Source: a virus (Duplodnaviria; Caudoviricetes). Taken from it: a stretch of 40,861 bases of DNA. The notes under the pieces are model-generated. The model did not search any database and was not told the origin of the DNA. It worked only from the letters and a program-made list of their open reading frames with translations. This document shows, piece after piece, positions 1-9,400 of the stretch (position 1 is the first letter of the stretch; every line of letters starts with the position of its first letter). Where the stretch lies: IMG/VR virus record IMGVR_UViG_3300005573_000159, positions 1 through 40,861 of that record; one strand, written 5' to 3'. The translations under genes and the position numbers were made by a program.

Positions 1-85
1 TTTTTAAAGTAATGGAGGTTTCGCTTGTTCCGTAATATCCTGAAACCTCTACTTTACAAAAATTTTTGACTGCATCTGCTGACAT
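1..85 (-). CDS. Partial (N-terminal) tail fibre/spike-like virion protein, homolog of 31954..33303
   Basis: ATG at 85 reads MSADAVKNFCKVEVSGYYGTSETSITLK, similar to MAFDPVRNFAKVIVNQGYDSTATTIQL; same position after the adaptor gene; runs off the window. Confidence 0.75.
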   Translation of the reverse strand, partial: MSADAVKNFCKVEVSGYYGTSETSITLK

Positions 86-91
86 AGTTTA

Positions 92-766
92 TTAAAGCCA
101 GCCCTTGTTAAAGTAATCAATACTTTTCATTTTAATTGGCTCTATTACCTCTACTTTTAAATCGTCAATCATTTTCTTTAAATAAAACTGGTATAACTCA
201 AATTTTCTGTTAGCGTCTGGATGTCCTATTTGTTCTAAATACTTAAAAGCATTTCCATAAACAAAAACATCATAATAAGTATCTAAAATTGCGGGGATTT
301 CATCTGAAGTAGAAGTAAATTCTGGTTGTTTAACGATATACCAAATTCTTAATCCGTTTGCTTTGTCTTCTTCTGGTTTGGGAAAAATAAAAACTTGTCC
401 GCCAAATAAATCCATTAATGGCTTTGTTTTTGGTTGGGTTTTTAATAATTCATACCATTCATAGGGCAAATTTCCCAAATCTGCTTGGTCTATTTTTTTC
501 CATTTATCTTCGTCAGTTGGATCATCGTAGTTAATTTCTAATCTTAAAATAGTTAATAAATCACTCGGCAAAGAATAGTTTGCTTGTCCTGCCACTAAAT
601 CAGTTTTCTTAATTGTGCCAAATAATTCTATTTCTTCGTTAGCCAAACTTCTTTGAATATCTAAATAAGTCTCGTTAGTAAGAGATAAAAGGTCAACGTC
701 TGATAAAGTCGTTGAATTCGTATTGGTTATTTTTCTGGTTTTTTCAAAGATGGTTGACAATTGCAT
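92..766 (-). CDS. Head-tail adaptor/connector protein (copy A)
   Basis: 224 aa directly after MCP; LVAGQANYSLPSD and IFPKP motifs typical of podophage adaptors; paralog of 33310..33984. Confidence 0.7.
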   Translation of the reverse strand: MQLSTIFEKTRKITNTNSTTLSDVDLLSLTNETYLDIQRSLANEEIELFGTIKKTDLVAGQANYSLPSDLLTILRLEINYDDPTDEDKWKKIDQADLGNLPYEWYELLKTQPKTKPLMDLFGGQVFIFPKPEEDKANGLRIWYIVKQPEFTSTSDEIPAILDTYYDVFVYGNAFKYLEQIGHPDANRKFELYQFYLKKMIDDLKVEVIEPIKMKSIDYFNKGWL

Positions 767-771
767 TTTAG

Positions 772-826
772 TAAAACGGGGGCGGAAGCCACAAGGATGC
801 TTCCCTTACCCATAGCCCCCAATCAG
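772..826 (-). terminator. GC-rich stem-loop after MCP (terminator/attenuator)
   Basis: mRNA CUGAUUGGGGGC...GGAAGC-loop-GCUUCC-GCCCCCC-GUUUU; related hairpin after MCP copy B. Confidence 0.5.
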
Positions 827-849
827 GGTTTTTGAGTTCTATCTACTCA

Positions 850-1788
850 CTATAAAGCGGTTGCCGCAGATTCAATTCTAATCAATCTTTCCTCTTGAGT
901 TCTTGCAACCCCGATATTGGTCTTTGCACCAACCCATCCTTTCTGTCCTAATTGGTTGGTAATAGAAACAGCGTTTTCTGGAGGATACACATAAGTATTT
1001 ACTTTTCTTGCCAACCAGTAAGAAATTCTATAAGCATCAGCAGCAATTAAGGTAGTCGGATAAACAGTCGTAGTTGAAGTAAAAGTCTGAACATTAGGAG
1101 ATTGAACAATCCTTGCTCCAGCAATAGCGCCAATCTCTCCACGAAAGAGATTTTCAGGTTGAGCGTATTTGTGCATCTCCCAATAACTTGCTCCAGTTCC
1201 AGCAGAGGTCATTAAATCATAAGCAACCGATGGGTGCATTACACAAGCATATCCTCCGCCAGCATATTCGGGAGCAGAGTTTTTTCTTAATTTCTGGACT
1301 GCCTTAAAAATCAAGCCAACAGTAATCAAATCAGATGAAGTAATAGAGGATCTGGCGGTGCAGGTTCCAGGATAAACCACATTAGTTCCAGCATTAACAA
1401 CTGTCTGAATTACCTCATCAATTTTCCTTGCCATTGCTTTACCAATTTCATTGAGGGTTGTATTTACCAATTGAAAGACAGAGGTCAAGGCGACCAAATC
1501 TGTTATTTCAACGCTAACCCCATATTGAGTTGGAGTCGTGTCAATGGCATTAACGGAAACAGAGATTGCGGTAGGAGTGGTTCCTTCGGTCAATTGTGTT
1601 ACAGATGAGCTTGCAATCTGGTTAAACGTGAAAAATCTGGAAGTGTAGTTTCCTTCGGGGACAGTCTCAACAGTTCCAAATTGTTCAAAATAGAGGTGGG
1701 GTTGTAAACTTTCAATTACTCTCGTGTCAAAATAAATACCCAGGGCTTTTCCAGAAGCTTCAAGATTAGAAGTAGTAGTTGTTGCCAT
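850..1788 (-). CDS. Major capsid protein, N4-gp56-like HK97 fold (copy A)
   Basis: LTEGTTP, QYGVSVEITD, GEIGAIAGARIVQS, NQLGQKGWVGAK, RLIRIES motifs; follows portal and scaffold. Confidence 0.88.
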   Translation of the reverse strand: MATTTTSNLEASGKALGIYFDTRVIESLQPHLYFEQFGTVETVPEGNYTSRFFTFNQIASSSVTQLTEGTTPTAISVSVNAIDTTPTQYGVSVEITDLVALTSVFQLVNTTLNEIGKAMARKIDEVIQTVVNAGTNVVYPGTCTARSSITSSDLITVGLIFKAVQKLRKNSAPEYAGGGYACVMHPSVAYDLMTSAGTGASYWEMHKYAQPENLFRGEIGAIAGARIVQSPNVQTFTSTTTVYPTTLIAADAYRISYWLARKVNTYVYPPENAVSITNQLGQKGWVGAKTNIGVARTQEERLIRIESAATAL

Positions 1789-1839
1789 TGTAGGAAGTCT
1801 TTTTTATACGACCTTTCGGCGACTTCATACTTCATAAAC

Positions 1840-2373
1840 TTATTCTATCCCAAATACTTGTTTAAAGAGTTCTCTTGCTATTTTTTCTTGTTCTTCTTTG
1901 GGCAATTTAAGGAAGTCGGGTTCAGATACAATTCTTGGAGTTTGAGCAGAACCCAAAGAAAATCCAGCCTTTTCCTCTCCAGAAGTTGCTTTTTTCTTGC
2001 CAATGTATCTATAAATTGTTTCCTCCCAGTTTTCTCCTTCTTTTCTTTCTTTCATTATGTTTTCTGCTTCGTCTTTTAATTCTGGGAATTTCTTATAAAG
2101 TAAATTCTCGAATTCAAGTTTGTCTAATTTATTTAATATCTCGTCTACGTTGGCAATTCTGGCAACCTCTTGTAGAGAGGAAATTTTTTCCTCTAATTCT
2201 TTTTTCTCTTTAAGTGTCTGCTCATATTTCCTCCGAAGAAGTTTGATTGCGTTTCCTTCAATTTCCTCTATTGTTGGACTTTTTTCCTCGGTTCTTTGTT
2301 CTATTGGCTTTTTTCCTTCTATCTCGTTTGTTAGTTGTTCTTGTTGTTCTTGTATTTGTTTGGTTTCTTCCAT
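1840..2373 (-). CDS. Probable capsid scaffolding protein (copy A)
   Basis: Charged coiled-coil 177 aa immediately upstream of MCP; paralog of 35532..36017 (ENLLYKKFPEL / RYIGKK / GFSLGS). Confidence 0.65.
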   Translation of the reverse strand: MEETKQIQEQQEQLTNEIEGKKPIEQRTEEKSPTIEEIEGNAIKLLRRKYEQTLKEKKELEEKISSLQEVARIANVDEILNKLDKLEFENLLYKKFPELKDEAENIMKERKEGENWEETIYRYIGKKKATSGEEKAGFSLGSAQTPRIVSEPDFLKLPKEEQEKIARELFKQVFGIE

Positions 2374-2396
2374 GGTTTTGTTTTACGCCCTTTTTA

Positions 2397-2427
2397 TACG
2401 CCCCTTACATCGGGGAATGTAAGGAGG
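2397..2427 (-). promoter_or_regulatory. RNA hairpin in scaffold leader (copy A)
   Basis: Stem 2403-2410 / 2417-2424, mRNA loop UCCCCG, 3' flank GCGUA; matches hairpins at 36022-36121. Confidence 0.6.
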
Positions 2428-2442
2428 AATTAAATTACAAAT

Positions 2443-2814
2443 TTATGGATTGTAAAACTTTAAAATTTTTGGTTTAGCATATCCACCTCTCAATCCTGCC
2501 TGCATTCTGCATCCCTCCGAATTACAAATCCAAGCCTTCCATTCTGGCACATACATGTAAATTGATTGATTAAACGAAGAAGGGTTATAACTTGCACCGC
2601 ACAAACATCTAAATTTCCCTTGTGCGAATATCTCTTTGAAATGTTTACATTCTCTTGCTGGTATCCCGCAATATTCACAAATTCCACCTATAATTTTGGG
2701 ATACTCCGTTGCCTCTTTTCTTTCCTCTCTTTTGGGCGAAACGCTTTCTTTTACTTCCCCTGGGATACTTTTTTCTGGCGCTATGTCTTCTTTTACCATT
2801 TTTCTTTTTGGCAT
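2443..2814 (-). CDS. Cys-rich zinc-binding protein (copy A)
   Basis: CEYCG..CKH..CLCG..CNSEGC; all Cys conserved in 36136..36480. Confidence 0.7.
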   Translation of the reverse strand: MPKRKMVKEDIAPEKSIPGEVKESVSPKREERKEATEYPKIIGGICEYCGIPARECKHFKEIFAQGKFRCLCGASYNPSSFNQSIYMYVPEWKAWICNSEGCRMQAGLRGGYAKPKILKFYNP

Positions 2815-2837
2815 AATGTTTTATTTTTTTTCGACCT

Positions 2838-3146
2838 TTATTCTTCTTTCCTAATTATCTCAATTTCAAGAAACTTTGTCAACTCTGATGGAAGGTTCAG
2901 CAAAAAATCTAATGCTCCTATTTGTTCTTTATAACTGATTAAAACCTCAAAGTCAAGGGAGGAAGATTTCAGGTTATCAATTATTCTTTCTCTCGTGTTT
3001 CTAATAATCTCCTTTAAAATTCTCCATTCAGGACTATTTTCAATAACCCTAAAACTTCTCACTAATTCTCTTGCTTTTTCTACATCGTTCCCAAGATATT
3101 CTGCTAATTCTTGCCCAAAATAATATTCTAATTTGGTATTTTCCAT
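2838..3146 (-). CDS. Conserved hypothetical protein in head module (likely start MENTKLE at 3146)
   Basis: Paralog of 36477..36791 (YFG..L.EYL, EWR...II..TRER); the longer track ORF overlaps the upstream gene. Confidence 0.7.
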   Translation of the reverse strand: MENTKLEYYFGQELAEYLGNDVEKARELVRSFRVIENSPEWRILKEIIRNTRERIIDNLKSSSLDFEVLISYKEQIGALDFLLNLPSELTKFLEIEIIRKEE

Positions 3147-3147
3147 A

Positions 3148-3342
3148 CTATTTCTTTTTCTTTTTGTGTTTTTTCGCATAACTTCGCTTTGCTTTTTCAA
3201 GTTTTCCCGTTCCCTTTCCGTGAATTCCTTTGTCTGGTATTTTTCCTTTAACCAAACTTGCATAAAAGATATTTTTTCCTCTTTCTCCGTATTGTTCTAT
3301 AAATTTTTTAAGTAGTTTTTCTCCCTTCTTTGTCAAGGGCAT
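3148..3342 (-). CDS. Small basic protein (MPLTKKG...FYAS type), possible DNA-binding virion protein
   Basis: 64 aa Lys-rich; paralog of 36791..36982; AGGTCG motif upstream. Confidence 0.75.
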   Translation of the reverse strand: MPLTKKGEKLLKKFIEQYGERGKNIFYASLVKGKIPDKGIHGKGTGKLEKAKRSYAKKHKKKKK

Positions 3343-3366
3343 AGTTTTGATTTAATTTTGCGACCT

Positions 3367-5382
3367 TTAAGGAATTATACTTTTCCCCAATTCTTTTGCT
3401 CCTTCTTGGGGAGATTGTAAAACCTGTTTAAGAATATCCTCTGATGTTTTGGTTGACATTCTTACTTCGGGGATCTCCTCTGGTAAGTTTTTTTCTCCCG
3501 CAGGAATTCCCCCTTCTGCCTCCTCGCCCCCTTTTGCTCTTTCCATCATTTCTAAATTTCTCTTTTCCTTTTCTTTTCTCAACATATTTGCTAAATGGGA
3601 CGCAATATGAAGTTCCCTTGCCTCCGTTGAACTAATTCTCATGTGAACTGAAATGTGTTGCATATCGTCATCTTCTGAATCAATTTGAACCACTTTATTT
3701 AATTTCAAAATTTCGTTCTCTTTTTCTGCTTTAAACTCGTGAGGTGTTTGAGGTAAAATAGCCTCTATTTGGTCTGGGCTCAAATCTGTTAAAAAGAGCA
3801 TATATCTTAACGCTTCTCTTGCATTTCCGCCAATTTGTGGCAATGTTGGTAAAATTTCTCCTAAATCTCTTCTTTTTATAATTCTCTGCGGTTCTGCCTC
3901 CAAAGACGAAATAATAGTAATTTTGGGATCAACTTGGGGGATAAATTCGGATTTTCTAAGCTCTAAAAATTCTTTTGCTCCTTGAAAACCAGTCAATTCT
4001 ACCAATTTTGTATCGTTTTCGCTCATAAATCTTTGATGTCTTTTTAGCCAGCGATACCAGAAATCTTTTTCGCCCTCTATTATGTTTCTCATTAAAGAAC
4101 TCATTAATACATCTTCTTTTGCTTTCCTTAAAGCGTATTCTGTGGCTGTTTTTTTTGAAGTTTTTCCCATTAGCGCTCCAGCCAACCTTGTTTGTCCTGC
4201 CATTCCCAACGCTTCAGATTGGATTAAAGACATAAAGGCCAAAGTATCGTTTGAAACCACATTCGTTTTGGGAAAGGGAACAATTTGATTTGCTGGATAG
4301 CCCCTAACTGGTATTGATTTTCCCATCTCTTTTGTCGTTAAGTGTCTTGGGTTAATGATTGCTTCATAGTTATACAAGAAAGTAGGAGTTGCGTCTAACT
4401 TTATCCCCTGAAAGAGATAGTTTTTCAAAACAACATCCGACCTGTGTAAATCCTCAACTTTCTCTGGTAAACCTATACCCCAAAAAGACAGATTTGTTTT
4501 TATGTAGTAGAAAGGAACAAAAGGAATTTTGCTTTTCTTATCTCCTGCGTCTCTGTAATCTACTTTTTGGTATCCCAATAGAATGCTTACTGCATTATCC
4601 GTCCAGACAACGTATAAATCATCTCCAGCATAAAGATACCATTCCAAAATTTCAATATAAGATTGGGGATGTAGAGGTTCTTGAAAGTTCAAGTTCCCAA
4701 TTAAAGTTCTCCTTGCTTCATCTACTAATTGCTGTTTTTCGTAAGATTGTGAACCCACTTTTCTGGCTACCAATTCTTTTACTTTGCTCTCATCTATTCT
4801 TGGATCTTGTTTTAGCTCGTATGGAGTTTTATAAATGAATCTCCCTGCGTATCTTGCCTCCTCGATAGAGGTTGCTTGTTTGTCAACGAAAAAAAGCATT
4901 GGATTTACTGGTCTCGCTATCAAAAGTTTTCTTTTCTTGTCGTATAAAGAGACATCCAAAATCCCTATTCCAAAAAAGATAACATCCCAAATTAAACCTC
5001 GCATTACCTTTCCTAATTGCATTTCTTCGAAATCAAAATTTGCTACTGCGTTTGTGTATTTAACTACTTTAATGTCTGCTGGATTTCTTGCCTCAAATTC
5101 CGTCCTCCTTTGATCGCTATCTATCGCAGAGAAGGTTTCTTGAAATTGATTGAATACCAAATTAGAACCCAAATAAATATCGTCAGCAATTAGTTTCTTG
5201 TATTGGTTGAGATAGAGTTTAATTAAGTTTAACCAAATTAGTTTCTTTTGGTTTGTATCTTGGGAGGCGTCGGTGTGTTGAGTTTTTACAACCTGTAAAA
5301 TCTCTTCTGGTTTCCATTCTTCTAGAGGTAGAAAAGGAAGTTCCAGTTGTCTATTGAATGGTATTGATGTTTCTTTGTTCAT
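3367..5382 (-). CDS. Portal protein, P22-like (copy A)
   Basis: 671 aa downstream of TerL; FFGIGILDV, KIPFVPF, FWGIGLPE, KTATE motifs; paralog of 37157..39109. Confidence 0.85.
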   Translation of the reverse strand: MNKETSIPFNRQLELPFLPLEEWKPEEILQVVKTQHTDASQDTNQKKLIWLNLIKLYLNQYKKLIADDIYLGSNLVFNQFQETFSAIDSDQRRTEFEARNPADIKVVKYTNAVANFDFEEMQLGKVMRGLIWDVIFFGIGILDVSLYDKKRKLLIARPVNPMLFFVDKQATSIEEARYAGRFIYKTPYELKQDPRIDESKVKELVARKVGSQSYEKQQLVDEARRTLIGNLNFQEPLHPQSYIEILEWYLYAGDDLYVVWTDNAVSILLGYQKVDYRDAGDKKSKIPFVPFYYIKTNLSFWGIGLPEKVEDLHRSDVVLKNYLFQGIKLDATPTFLYNYEAIINPRHLTTKEMGKSIPVRGYPANQIVPFPKTNVVSNDTLAFMSLIQSEALGMAGQTRLAGALMGKTSKKTATEYALRKAKEDVLMSSLMRNIIEGEKDFWYRWLKRHQRFMSENDTKLVELTGFQGAKEFLELRKSEFIPQVDPKITIISSLEAEPQRIIKRRDLGEILPTLPQIGGNAREALRYMLFLTDLSPDQIEAILPQTPHEFKAEKENEILKLNKVVQIDSEDDDMQHISVHMRISSTEARELHIASHLANMLRKEKEKRNLEMMERAKGGEEAEGGIPAGEKNLPEEIPEVRMSTKTSEDILKQVLQSPQEGAKELGKSIIP

Positions 5383-5761
5383 ATTGTTGAATATCGTCTG
5401 GTGTTACAGGAACCAAATCAAACTTATTTAGAACATCTAAACATCTTTTTTCAAATTCTTCTTGTGTAATTTTTGGCATTATTAATTTTTTTAACCTATA
5501 AAGAAAACCTTTTGGTTCTGCAATTGTCATCGCTAAAAACGAGTTTTCTGTTTCTCTTATAACAATGTTTTCTAAAATTTTAAACTTTCTTTCTTTTGCC
5601 CCTTGATATATTTTCTGTAAAAGAATTTCTTTTAATTTCTCTTTAACCTCATTTTTTAAAAATTTCACAGGACCTCTTTGAACTAACCAATCTGGGTGAA
5701 CTTTTTCAATTTCTTTTTTATCAAACCTTGCTAAAAGTATTCCCGTGTATTCTTTTGCCAT
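5351..5761 (-). CDS. Conserved hypothetical protein upstream of portal (copy A)
   Basis: Paralog of 39099..39509 (LLAR..KKEI, IV.RET, PKIT.EEF.KR). Confidence 0.7.
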   Translation of the reverse strand: MAKEYTGILLARFDKKEIEKVHPDWLVQRGPVKFLKNEVKEKLKEILLQKIYQGAKERKFKILENIVIRETENSFLAMTIAEPKGFLYRLKKLIMPKITQEEFEKRCLDVLNKFDLVPVTPDDIQQYEQRNINTIQ

Positions 5762-5765
5762 TTTG

Positions 5766-6434
5766 TTATATTATAAAACTATTTTTTAAAGAAAGCAACC
5801 AATATTTATCTTCTTTGCTCAATTCTATGTTATCTATATTTTTAAAGAATGTCAATAGTCTAAATTTCCATTCAAGCAAGGGGGAAAATATGTTTAAAAA
5901 AACCCTAATAATAAACCACTTCCTTTTCATTCTTTTGTCTTTTTCTCTTTCTTCTAATTCTTTAAAAATTAAAATTAAATCTTTTTTGTTTTTAATTTTT
6001 TTGCCAGCAAGAACCCTTTGAAATCTCAATCTATAAGCACTGTCTAATTCCAAAATCATAAAAATTGAATAATAAAAATCTCTAATGTCATCTGTAAAAT
6101 TTAGTCCGAAAGTTTTAATAAAAGCATCTATTAAGGCTCTAACAAAAGAACAAAAATATGGATAAGAAAATTCAAACCTCTTTAATCCCTTCCTGTAAAT
6201 TGTCAAATAAAAACTTTTAAAAAACGGCAAAAGATAAGGGTGAGAAAGGTAAAACAAAAGAATATATTTTTGGATTGCTGCCAAATGTAAAAATTCTGGA
6301 CTTAAAAACCCTGGGAATGGCTCTTTTTCCCCCTCAATATAAGTAAAAATTCCTTTTTCTCTAAACTCGATTCTTTCTACCTTAACATTGTCAGAAGATC
6401 CAGAAAAATTTGGTAAGATTTTTGTTATGTCCAT
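5766..6434 (-). CDS. Hypothetical protein, only in copy A
   Basis: 222 aa ORF overlapping the TerL stop; no motif recognised. Confidence 0.6.
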   Translation of the reverse strand: MDITKILPNFSGSSDNVKVERIEFREKGIFTYIEGEKEPFPGFLSPEFLHLAAIQKYILLFYLSHPYLLPFFKSFYLTIYRKGLKRFEFSYPYFCSFVRALIDAFIKTFGLNFTDDIRDFYYSIFMILELDSAYRLRFQRVLAGKKIKNKKDLILIFKELEEREKDKRMKRKWFIIRVFLNIFSPLLEWKFRLLTFFKNIDNIELSKEDKYWLLSLKNSFII

Positions 6435-9400
6435 AATTCATCTTCGTAAAATCTCATTTGGTTTAAATCCTCAACAAAAGTTAGAGCAAACGCATCCCAC
6501 ACGTTTGGGGAAGCAATTCCCTTTTTTAATAAGTTTTCTTTTGGTTCTATTTTTATTTTCCTGTCTGAATGGATTTTGTATCTAATGGTCAAGGCTTCAT
6601 TCCAAGCATCGTTTTTTATCAGTTTTCCTCCTTTTAAAATCCATTCTCTGGCTTTCCAATACAATTGTGCTTTTTTATTGAAAAATCTTTCTTCCTCGTC
6701 TGCTTTAGAGCCAAAAACAACCCCATATGTTTTTTCAGAAAGCCTTGTCTCGTTTAATCTGTCATAAATTCCCTTTCCAACGCCAGTAATGTCAACTGCT
6801 ATTGTTCTTGGAGTATAGACAGAATAAAACTCTGCTATTTTGGGTAAAATTGCCATTGTATCTGCAAGCCGTTGGTTGAATAAAACTTTGGCAGTTAATT
6901 GATCTCTTACCACGATTGCTGTCGTGTCTCCCCCTGCCCCTACATCTACACCAAAAATACAAGGTTGAGTTAAAGAATAATCTGTTTCAATAATGGCATC
7001 GTTTAACTGTTGAGATGTAATCAAACGCATGTAGCCTTCAATATCCATTTCGCCTTCTAAAGCATACCAATCACCATCAAGCAGTGCTTTTTTCATTTTC
7101 TCGTCCATTCCTTTACTTAATTCTTCATAATAACTTTCAGAAATGTATGGATTATCTCCTCTCTCTGCCTTCAAAAATCCTGCCTCTTTACATCTTTTAT
7201 CTTTTGATGTTTTTTCAACAAAAAATTCTCTCACCCAAACAGAGAATTCTCCAACTGGATTTGTCACCGCTATGCATTTTGGGTTTTCGATTCCTGCCCA
7301 CCTGTTCCTTTCCAGAATCAAATCAAAGGTTTCTTTTGGAATTTGGACTAATTCATCTATCCCTACAATTGCCCATTCTGAAGACTGTCCAACAAACATT
7401 ATTCTTCCTCTGTGTCTGATTAAAATATTAAAATACGGAGGAACAACAGGTCCATAAATTTTCCCTTTATAATGAATTTTTTTAAAATTGTTGGTTTTAT
7501 ATTTTTTATTTCCCAAAATTCTTTCGGGATAAAATTTTTCACAAGCTCTTTCTGTATTTCTCTTATTAATAGTAAGATGAAAACTTTTTCTCCACTTACA
7601 CAATTTTCCTCCCGCTATTCTTCCTTCGGTCTCTTCTTTTGCTAAGCACGTTACAGAATATCCTAACTTTAAACAAATTTCAGTTACATCATCTCTAAGT
7701 CTTTCGCTGGTTGTTACAAAAACCATTTTGTTTTTGGAATATTCTGTTCCATCTCCTAAAATTAATCCTTCCAATAGAATTTTCAAATATCGAGGTGGTA
7801 AATCTTTAAATTCTTGAGGAATAAATTTTTGGTATGACTTACCAAATTGTTCGAGATATAAGTATAATGCTTTATTGTTGAATGTGTAATCTTTCCCGTT
7901 ATAATGCCAATTAACACCCAATTTATTTAGCATTTCGCTTATTTTTTCATGGTTCTTTCCATGACATTGTGTTATTTTTATCCCATATCTATTTCCATCA
8001 GTTGATGCACATCCTTCTGCTAAAAACCACCCTAAAAATCTCAAAAAATCTTCTAAGGAACATTCAATAGTCTTTCCTTTATTTCCGTCTGGTTTAAAAA
8101 TAATCTTTTCTGACATTTTTTCGCCTTCCCATTTTCCAGTAACAGGAACATAAAATCTTTGGGGTAAATCTTTGGCTAATACAAATCTCAAGTCCTTGTT
8201 TCTCCTTGTTCTTATAAGCATTTTATGATTAGGAGTTACACAAAAAGAAACACCAAATCTTCCAAAATAATCTATCATCTCTCCATCATAATCATAAATA
8301 TACATTTTTTTTACTCTATGCCATTCCATTGTTTTTGTTTTAGGATTTAAACTCAAACAAAAATCTCCTTCTCGTAAATCTTTTACAGGAATAAAACCCT
8401 TACCCCTTACCAAAACCTCTGTATCTTCGCTGAAGCACCTATATTTTTCTGGTTCATCAAGGTTTCTAAATGCTAATATTCCACCTCCGTATTCTTCTGA
8501 TAAATGAAATTCGTGTTTTTGTTCCTTATAGGTTCCTAGCCACTTAGGAAATTCTTGCTTGATATATTTTAAATGCCTGTCATTTAGTTCTGGATATGTA
8601 TTGCAAAATAGGCCTGCTTGTAAGCCTGTATAGCCTTTAGAAGCGTATTTTAAAAGGAGATAAAGTAAAGTCCATCTTAAACATCTTGAATTATGCGTTA
8701 CTATTAAATCCTTGCCAGCAATAAAAAGCCCATTGGGATTATCTACTCTAATACAAGCCATTTCATCTTCTCCAATTTCTTCAATTTTCACAATTTTTCT
8801 TGTAAGTTGATCAAAAGAGGCTTTTGTTTGATGAATACGTTCCTTTTTTCTAGGCAAAGAAACAAACTGCTCATTGTGTTTGCTTAAAATGTATAAAACA
8901 TAACATTTTTTACCCTCCCTTCTTGTCCCATCCGGTAATTTATAAAATGGTTTTTTTTCTGATGTCATAACTATTGCTCCCAAACTACGTAAAACAAATT
9001 TTAAATCTTCTGCTAATCTTAAAGAAGTTGTATAAAATACCAATCTTCCACTTTTTTCTACAAAACCAGCAGTATCCATTAATCCCCTTACTAATTCAAT
9101 TCTATCCTCAATGGAAGCCCACTTATAGCAATCGGGAATAAATTTTTCATCACTTCTTTTATTGTCTAAACCCAATTCTTTTATAGGACCATAAAGTTTA
9201 GAAATGCTATAAACGTGTCCCCTGCTCCATTCACTTACTTTATAGCCCAATTTCCTTATTTTTTGAATTATAAATTCATCATAATTTGTAAGGGAAATTA
9301 CACTATGATTACAAAATGTTCCGTCTCCTAATAAAACTCCTAAAAGATAAGGATGTATGGGGGGAGAATTTTTATAACGATTGAATTTTAAGGGTTCATT

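Noticed and set aside
1019-1047. 29-bp exact matches between modules (1019-1047 = 34710-34738; 6621-6649 = 39986-40014) as att or recombination sites
   Set aside because: They fall in conserved coding motifs of paralogous genes; shared ancestry is sufficient.
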